From Octopus vulgaris (taxonomy: Eukaryota): a stretch of DNA of 64,000 nucleotides. The notes under the pieces are model-generated. The model saw only the letters and a list, made by a program, of their open reading frames with translations. It had not been told where the DNA came from and made no database searches. The DNA lies in the NCBI GenBank assembly GCA_951406725.2, contig OX597818.1:37696001-37760000 (forward strand), written 5' to 3'. Below are positions 55,840 through 64,000 of the stretch, in pieces (the first letter of the stretch is position 1; each line of letters begins with the position of its first letter). A program made the position numbers and the translations under genes.

Positions 55840-57385
55840 CTTCCTAACTATCTGTCTGTCTCTATCTTTCTATTTATCTAAGTATATATGTATGAATATG
55901 TCGATATATAGTCACAAATATATATATATATATATGCACACACACATATCACACACACACACACACAGAAATACAGTACTCAAATGCACAGCGCACATGC
56001 ACACACGCACATATACATATAAATGTGTACGTATACTTATATAGACTTAGAAATACAGGCTAATATATATGTGGGCGAGGGTGGGTTACAGAAAATATAT
56101 ATTTATATACGCATACATACGTGTCCAATATGCATACACACATACACATATGAGTTGACAGACAGCTCGACAGCCGTGATTGTCAGTATATTTTGTCGGT
56201 ATTCAGAAACATTACAATGATTGTTTGAAGATAAATGGCACATTTATCCTAAGCTACCATATTTAAATTGATTAAATGTTGATATCCATATATCAACAGA
56301 ATGTTAACCTTTATCACTCACAGTTTTGATATCCATTTATTATCCACTTATCTCCAGGCTATTCAGATTTATGATTTTTTAAAATTATGTTTATAGTTCT
56401 GATTGAGAATTAATTATTTCATATACAAATGCCAAAGCGAAGCTGTGATAACCAAGTAAATATGCTAGATAATTGATGTAACAACAATTATAGTGGTGGT
56501 CGATCTGATGGTGATTATTATTATCATTATTTTCATCTTCATCAAAGCGGCGAGCTGGCGAAATCGTTAGCACGCCGGGCAAAGGGCTTAGCGGTATTTC
56601 GTCTGCCGCCACGTTCTGAGTTCAAATTCCGCCGAGGTCGACTTTGCCTTTCATCCTTTCGGGGTCGATTAAATAAGTACCAGTTACGCACTTGTATCGA
56701 TATAATCGACTTAATCCGTTTGTCTGTCCTTGTTTGTCTGTCCTTGTTTGTCCTCTCTGTGTTTAGCCCCTTCTGGGTACTCGTACAAAGAATAAGTCCT
56801 GGGGTCGATTTGTTCGACTAAAGGTGGTGCTCCAGCATGGCTGCAGTCAAATGACTGAAACAAGTAAAAGAATAAAAGAATAAAGGAATACTTATTTACA
56901 CTTGTATTAGATGTGGTAGAGGAAAATTCTGTTTCGAAGATGACCATTTAATTGGTCTTCTAAATAAATTACCATCAATACCACTACAACCAATACCATC
57001 ACCACCATTACGACGACCACTACCATTACGACCATCATCACTACTATTATCGCCACCTCTACTACCATCACCACCATCAGATAATAACCCCCACCTCCCA
57101 GCATGCATTGGTTTTGTCTTAGTTAAATCACAATACATGTACAGGATGAATTGTGATATTTCTGCCCTTGTTGTTTAACACCGTGTCAGTCTTGTTTGAA
57201 AAGACTCAATATCAAAGGCGTTCCAGCCATGATCACCTCACATTATTATCAGATAATGTATCTACTATGACTGCATTATCTAATACGTCGTACCATTCTT
57301 TTTCACCGCTTTATCTGAGGCAATTAGTTTGACCTTTTTTCAATCTCAAAAGCCGGCTTTCTATGAGAAACACTAGTTTTTCATA

Positions 57386-57570
57386 CAGTTCTATATTTAA
57401 GAGATGAGGAATTATGTACATTATTTACATTCGACGGATATTTGTCCTCATCTTGTTTGTTGATAACACAACGTTTCGGCTGATATACCCTCCAGCCTTC
57501 TTCAGGTGTCTGGGGAAATTTCGAACCTGGGTTCACATTCCTAAGGTATTTTTCGATGTTATTATTATTA

Positions 57571-57664
<94 letters not shown>

Positions 57665-57748
57665 CATCATTGTTCAGGTCACTGCTTGGAATCGAACTCG
57701 GAATCTTGGAGTTAGTAGCCCTCACTCTTAGAGCGAATGTAAATAATG
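57386..57748 (-). mobile_element. tRNA-headed, hammerhead-like-motif short retroelement (copy 1)
   Basis: 12-bp TSD TAGTTTTTCATA (57374-57385, 57749-57760); 5'-truncated tRNA head, (AAT)n, tail; short inverted tail piece at the 5' end. Confidence 0.85.
57465..57510 (-). ncRNA. minimal type I hammerhead-ribozyme-like motif
   Basis: GACAC-CUGAAGA-A-GGCUG(10 nt)CAGCC-GAAACGUU-GUGUU: both core boxes, 5-bp stem II, 5-bp stem I, palindromic stem III remnant. Activity untested. Confidence 0.6.
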
Positions 57749-57923
57749 TAGTTTTTCATAGTTTATTGTTTATCGTACCTTTGCGATCATTTTAAGGAAC
57801 AATGAGGAATGATACTTGAGTTGCAAGAAGAAAAAAAAACAATTCTCAGTGTGTGTGTGTGTGTGTGTGTGTTTAAATTTATATTCCATAATTCCTGTAA
57901 TCTTTCTCTTTTATCTGTTTCAG

Positions 57924-58184
57924 GGATTTGCTGAACATCTCGTTGCAACTATATCTGAGTGGTTGTTAGCCATACTGAATGTAGCTTACTTGTTGACTTT
58001 CCTGCCTGAATTTAAACTTTTCTCAATGGATCCGCCACAATTAACTTTCCACACCACTGAGGCTATCGGTGCAACCTCTGACGAAGTTGCTTTGGAGATT
58101 TCCAGGGACACATCTAACCAAACAGCTTTAACTAAAATTGACGGTCTCAGTAACATCAAAGAAGTTGATTACACTCATGCGTAG
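57924..58184 (+). CDS. DRAM: DRAM last coding exon (86 aa + TAG): GFAEHLVATISEWLLAILNVAYLLTFLPEFK...EVDYTHA
   Basis: tttcag|GGA acceptor after pyrimidine tract; GxxxHxxxTxxEW...LTFxxEF is the final TM motif of the family; within ORF 57816..58184. Confidence 0.93.
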   Translation, partial: GFAEHLVATISEWLLAILNVAYLLTFLPEFKLFSMDPPQLTFHTTEAIGATSDEVALEISRDTSNQTALTKIDGLSNIKEVDYTHA

Positions 58185-58511
58185 TCAATGGCTAAATTAT
58201 TTTGATTGATATTGGAAATCGATACATCGTACAAAAAATACACTAACACATCTGTTAACTACCAAGTCGAAATCATTGTTATTAATCGCGTCTGAGCAGG
58301 ATAACGTTAATTAACCACTGTAGCTTTTTGTTTTGCTCAAAGTGGAGAAATTATCGTGTTTTTTTTTTCTGTTTTTGTTTTTGTTTTACTCATCATGAAT
58401 TGCGAACTGCCGAGTAAATTTGCTGGACGATGTTAATCCAACGCATCTCCATAAAAGAAAAACTGTACAAAACTGTTAAACTAACCAACACAAGAGAAAA
58501 TATGGTTACTG

Positions 58512-58517
58512 AATAAA
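58512..58517 (+). promoter_or_regulatory. candidate polyadenylation signal AATAAA for DRAM
   Basis: AATAAA about 330 nt after the stop, T-rich sequence further downstream; common motif in AT-rich DNA so weak. Confidence 0.3.
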
Positions 58518-59031
58518 TGAAGGGAACGAGTGAATGAAATGAAAAAGTAAAAAGTTATTTTACGGACAATAATCAGTTTAATATTTTATACACAGACTAA
58601 AACATTGTCTTCTTTACGGAGAGGTTTATATTACATGTATGGCTTGTATTCATTAATTAATGGATATTTGTTCTGATTTGTGGATTTTTTTTTTATTCCG
58701 TACTCTCTTTGTTTTTGTTTTTCTTGATTCTTTTCTATTTCTATGAAAGAATTGAAAAGGTTTCTTGGTTTTGTGCTTATATGCAACATACAATGGACCA
58801 ATCTATTCAGAAAAACACGTTATGAATATGGGGAAAAATATTGATGTACCTCCTACTAATGAAGCACACGCACACGCGCGCACATACCTTTACAAGCATG
58901 TATATGCGTGTGTGTATACGTGTGTGTATATACATATATCTACACATATATACATATATATATATATATATTACGGAGATGTACTTGCATAGCGAGTGAC
59001 TTGATCTGAGATCGTGTGCTGGAACGAAAAC

Positions 59032-59297
<266 letters not shown>

Positions 59298-59869
59298 CAC
59301 ACATATGTTATGTATAAATTTGTCGTTCAAGACAAACAATTATTAAAACACCACAGCCAGGCCCTGTATGGACTACTAGTAAATGCATTTTGAACGCCTT
59401 AGTAGCTACCAGATACCAAGGGAGGCAAGTCCGAGCTGACTGTGATACTTTGCTTCCTTTATTAGAAACTGGTGAGTCAGTCAGCCCTCCTGATACAGGG
59501 GTACCTTTAAAAAGAACTAATCAATGAACCCTACATATCCATGACCACCCTGGCCACAATAACTCCTCAACCATCGTCCAGCTGTTGAGCTCCAGCGCAC
59601 AGATACATTGTTAGAGCAATTCCATTCATCTTAATTATTTTCGTCAGAGTCACCAATCTTTGGACTAGAGAAGAAGAGACTTCCTTCTCCACCCTGTCTC
59701 TTCACGAAAAGTCGACGAGAAAATCATTTCAACCTCAGCCACTGCACGACTTCAGTCGCCATAACCACTTGACGGAAGAACATTACCTGCCTAGCCTTGT
59801 GAAATGAAGGTGTGATGATCTTCACGGTAGACCCAACCGATATCTGGATCTGTCATTCACGCGAAAACA

Positions 59870-59890
59870 CCACCACCAACAACAACAACA

Positions 59891-59921
<31 letters not shown>

Positions 59922-60350
59922 GTAGTAGTAATAATAATAGTAGTAGTAATAATAATAGTAGTAGTAATAATAATAGTAGTAGTAATAATAATAGTAGTAG
60001 TAGTAATAATAATAGTAATAGTAGTAATAATAGTAGTAATAATAATAATAATAGTAATAATAATAATAATAGTAGTAATAATAATAATAGTAGTAATAAT
60101 AATAGTAATAGTAATAATAATAATAGTAATAGTAATAATAATAATAGTAATAGTAATAACAATAATAATAATAGTAATGACAATAATAATAATAGTAGTA
60201 ATAACAATAATAATAGTAATAACAATAATAATAATAATAATAACAATAATAATAATGATAATAATATTAACAGTAATAATAATAACAATAATAATTATGA
60301 TAATAATAATAACAATAATAATAATAGTAATAACAATAATAATAATGATA
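59870..60350. repeat. degenerate (AAT/AGT/AAC)n trinucleotide array
   Basis: Seen directly; source of the 241-aa poly-I/T ORF. Confidence 0.95.
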
Positions 60351-60439
60351 AATCCAGTTATCCGCCAAGTCCATCGTGAAGATCGCCCCGCTGCGTTTTT
60401 TTTTGTTTTTTTTTTTTGCCAGGAAGGCAGTTTGCAAAA

Positions 60440-60870
60440 TCCTGTAGGATGTAATGATCCAGTACGATTACCTGACCAGACATAGGAAACCAGACATTGA
60501 TGTGGTGAATAAAAAAGAAAGAACATGTATGGTAATCGACATAGCATGTCCCGGTGACAACAGAATCAATGTGAAAGAAGAAAAAATAAACAACTATGAC
60601 AATTTAAAGTGGGAAGGTTGTGGCCAATGAAGATAGTAGACGTGATACCAATAGTAATTGGTGCACTTGGAAGTATCAGCACTCAACTACCAACATGGCT
60701 GAAAAAGATCGGTGCAAGTGTGAAGGTAGAACACCTACGAAAATCAGCATTGCTTGGAACTGCAAGAATTCTTCGCAGGGTTCTTGAAGCATGACCAGTA
60801 AACAAGTGTCACCTTAGTCTGCTGGCTGTGGACAGCTGACACTTTCCATCATACCCAGCAAAATAAGCTG
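60440..60870 (+). mobile_element. R4/Dong-like retrotransposon 3' end
   Basis: RKPDIDVV..VIDIACPGD..VIPIVIGALG..KSALLGTARILRRVL. Confidence 0.88.
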
Positions 60871-60894
60871 TGAATTTTTTAACAAAAAATAATG

Positions 60895-61865
60895 TTTTCT
60901 TTATTGACACAAAAACAATAAGGGTCAATACAGCACAAGGGACAAATGGGGCTTACCACAAAACTTTATGTACGCATAAAATTGAAACAAGAACAATTAA
61001 CAACAAAAATCCAACAATAAAATTCCCCAAAAAAGAGGAGTTTACAGTTCTGTATTTAAGGGATGAGGAATTATGTACATTATTTACATTATTTACATTC
61101 GACGGATATTTGTCCTCATCTTGTTTCTTGTTAACACAACGTTTCGGCTGGTATACTCTCCAGCCTACTTCAGGTGTTATGGGAAAATTTCGAACCTGGG
61201 TTCTCATTCTTAAGGTATTTTTCGATGTTATTATTATTATTCACGGGTATATGGCGAAGTGGTTAAGAGCGCGGGCTACTAACCCCAAGATTCCGAGTTC
61301 GATTCCAAGCAGTGACCTGAACAACAACAACAACAACAATAATAATAATAAATAACATCGAAAAATACCTTAGGAATGAGAACCCAGGTTCGAAATTTCC
61401 CCAAGACACCTGAAGAAGGCTGGAGGGCATATCAACCGAAACGTTGTGTTAACAATAAACAAGTGAGGACAAATATCCGTCGAATATAAATGATGTAAAT
61501 AAAGAGGAGTTTCACCCAGGGACAATCAATGAACCCCTGGTTACCCCGACTACCAAGGGTACCTCAGCAGGTACCTCTCTCCTCAACTCCGGTTCGCAAA
61601 ATTACATTCAGAGTAGGCTTATTCACCGGGTCCATCCTCACAACACTCACCCATCTTTCAAGAAAAATACTCTCACTTTCCTTTTCAAGTGGAATTTGAA
61701 AAAGTCGATGAGGGCTTGGCTGAAGAGGAAGGTATCTGTCTTCAGTCTTTTCAGCCACTACCATCTTCGCCATAGCCAGCACAGAGAGGAAAACTGCCTT
61801 CCCTTCCCGTGCAAAAGAAGGCGACGAGGCGATCTTCACGATGGGCTTGGCTGATAACGGATCTA
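60895..61865 (-). mobile_element. Tx1/L1-like LINE 3' fragment, interrupted by the 61044-61500 element
   Basis: IVKIASSPSFAREGKAVFLSVLAMAK matches the 5010-7590 C-terminus; AATAAAGAAAA tail near 60895-60905. Confidence 0.78.
61044..61500. mobile_element. tRNA-headed, hammerhead-like-motif short retroelement (copy 2, with long inverted arm)
   Basis: 12-bp TSD AAAGAGGAGTTT (61032-61043, 61501-61512); tail on minus strand 61044-61240, then + strand tRNA head 61243-61318, (AAC/AAT)n and tail with motif at 61405-61450. Confidence 0.88.
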
Positions 61866-62099
61866 TCCTTATTTTTCTCTCACTCTCTCTGTCTCTGTCT
61901 ATCTGTCTGTCTCTCTCTCTCTCTCTCTTACACATACACACACACACTTTCTCTCTCTCTCACCCCTCTCTCACTCTCTCTCTCACCTCTCTCTCTCTCT
62001 CACCTCTCTCTCTCTCTCTGCGGTCAATCAAATAACTTAGAAGCTTCTTGAGGGATCCACCCTTCAAAAGCAAGTAACAAGATACTCATATACAGTTAA

Positions 62100-62760
62100 T
62101 TTCTTTATTAACCATGAGGTTGAGAAAAAGAGGGAACGATACGAGGACAGACAAAACAAACATTGGGGTCAGGGTATCGAATGAGACGAAACATGAATAA
62201 ACAAACAATTAAAATATATACAATTAAATGAGAATGAGTGATTTACAAAAAATGAAGCGGTCGACCCTCAAAACCACATACTCACACTGAAGACTTTGCT
62301 TTCTCCTTTTTATATTCTCGTTTAAACAGGTTCTTTCACTCGCAACATACTTGCTATAGACTTCCATCTTTTACGAAACACACTTTGTGACAGGCTTTTC
62401 TTGTCCAGCCTTATTTTCCGTTTCATGTGGAAAACTAAAAAGTCGATTAGCTCGAGACTGGAGATGAACATGCCTGTTGCAATTCCTTTCACTCTCGTCT
62501 TCCATACTACTTCTTTCACCACAGCAACTACCGAGAGAAAACAGGTTCGCTCCTCCCTATTCAGGGAGGTCGGCGGAACGATCTTAATTACAGATTCGCT
62601 CGACAGTTGTACTCTTCTCGAATGCGACAGCGGGTGTTCGACATAAGCCCAGAGCTCAGTCACTTTGGGGACATTGCACAATCACGTGCAGGATAGTTTC
62701 ACTTTGCTGCTCGCATCTTACACAAACCGGTGAAGGCGCACACCCATGTCTAAAGAGCTT
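62100..62760 (-). mobile_element. Tx1/L1-like LINE 3' fragment (diverged subfamily)
   Basis: ELWAYVEH..LSSESVIKIVPP..VVKEVVWKTRVKG; CATGGTTAATAAAGAA tail. Confidence 0.82.
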
Positions 62761-63174
62761 ACAGTCAGAGTCGCATATATGTGTACGTAGATTATGTAAA
62801 ATAGCAGCAGGAGAGAGTTCAGTAAGTTTGATTGAAACAGATATCTTTCCACAGTATGAAGACTGCGGGATGAATGGTAGAAATACTGGAAATCGATAAT
62901 GTATCTTTTGCTAAGTCATCATCACTATTGCTAGCAAATATATGTCCCTTACTTCATATTATTATTGTACGAATTACATCATTTGGTGCCAAATAATAAG
63001 TGTTGAAGAAATTCTTGCCTTTTAGTACGTAAACGTCTAAAGAGACGTGCAACATATGCGCTGGTACTATCAGACACATATGGTATGTGTGTGATTATAC
63101 GAGAACATGTTATATATGTATGTGTGTATGTGTATGTATGTATGTATGTATATATATATATATATATACATATG

Positions 63175-63205
<31 letters not shown>

Positions 63206-63470
63206 ATTAATATATATACATACGTGTATGCGTGTATGTATGTATATATATATATATCAATTCAATGATATGTATTTAATTTATATATACATACATATGA
63301 TATATATTTAATTAATATATATATATGCATATGTATATATGTGTGAGCGTGTCCATATATATACATACGTGTATATGTGTGTGTGTGTATATATATATGT
63401 ATGTATATATATATCAATTTAATGATATATATTTGATTGATATATATATATACATATGATATATATTTAA

Positions 63471-63508
<38 letters not shown>

Positions 63509-63531
63509 CATACATGCAGAATTCTACTTTA

Positions 63532-64000
63532 AACACCCCATATAACCTCTGATAATTTTTTAATTATTTTTGGGAATTCCCATAAAATTTTTGCGTCTTT
63601 GTGCTCTACACATGGTAGTTCATACAGTTATGAAAAAATAAGCTTTGATGTATGATTTAAGTGCGACTTTTAGCACATCTCTCGACCACCTCAAACCTTC
63701 ATCTTTTCTTTGTCAATTTGACATGTATTGATGTTTTTCTATATTTTACTCCCCATCAACACATTTAATGGAATGATGATGCACCCTGGGTGGATTTAAG
63801 CAAAAATTCAGACTGTCTGTATTTTTAACTCAGATTTTTTTTAAAATCGAAAAAGAATGAAACTGTTATCAGGGCGAGAGGGATTTTAAAAATTTAAGAG
63901 AAAAAATTTTTTTTTTCCATAATCGTGGGAATTACACAAATTCGCAAAAACTTTCTAAAAATTCCCCAAAGTAAGAAAAACGTTATGAGGAGTTATATGG
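63532..64000. mobile_element. probable MITE cut by the window edge
   Basis: CCATATAACCTC..GGGAATT..TTTTTGCG at left is mirrored by CGCAAAAA..ATTCCCC..GAGTTATATGG at the window end. Confidence 0.5.

Noticed and set aside
59822-60547. 241-aa poly-I/T and 143-aa poly-L ORFs
   Set aside because: Trinucleotide repeat lacking stops in those frames.
61243-61318. Functional tRNA gene
   Set aside because: Acceptor and T stems are imperfect and it is embedded in a TSD-flanked repeat with a second copy at 57675-57731.

Overview
Eukaryotic, AT-rich, microsatellite-dense DNA; the SINE and repeat content resembles a coleoid cephalopod (Octopus) genome (inference, no search run). One host gene is supported: a + strand DRAM/TMEM150 (Frag1/DRAM/Sfk1 family) membrane-protein gene. 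Six coding exons (10320-10373, 29578-29645, 42461-42606, 48365-48545, 51425-51501, 57924-58184) splice in frame to 261 aa plus stop; the exon encoding the start and most of TM1 was not found and is probably upstream of the window. Intron 48546-51424 carries U12 (minor spliceosome) signals. The rest is transposon debris: three tRNA-derived SINE families, Tx1/L1-like, CR1, R4/Dong-like and Penelope (GIY-YIG) retroelement remnants, a mariner relic and MITEs with 8-bp TSDs. The most unusual item is a short non-coding element (57386-57748 and 61044-61500) combining a tRNA-like Pol III head, an (AAT)n linker and a minimal hammerhead-ribozyme-like motif, with 12-bp TSDs and an inverted 5' copy of its own tail, i.e. 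a candidate Penelope-mobilised ribozyme SINE; a second, decayed family with the same plan lies at 41474-41778. Many long fold-back structures lie in the DRAM introns and 3' flank. Nearly all ORF-track entries are microsatellite or repeat artefacts.
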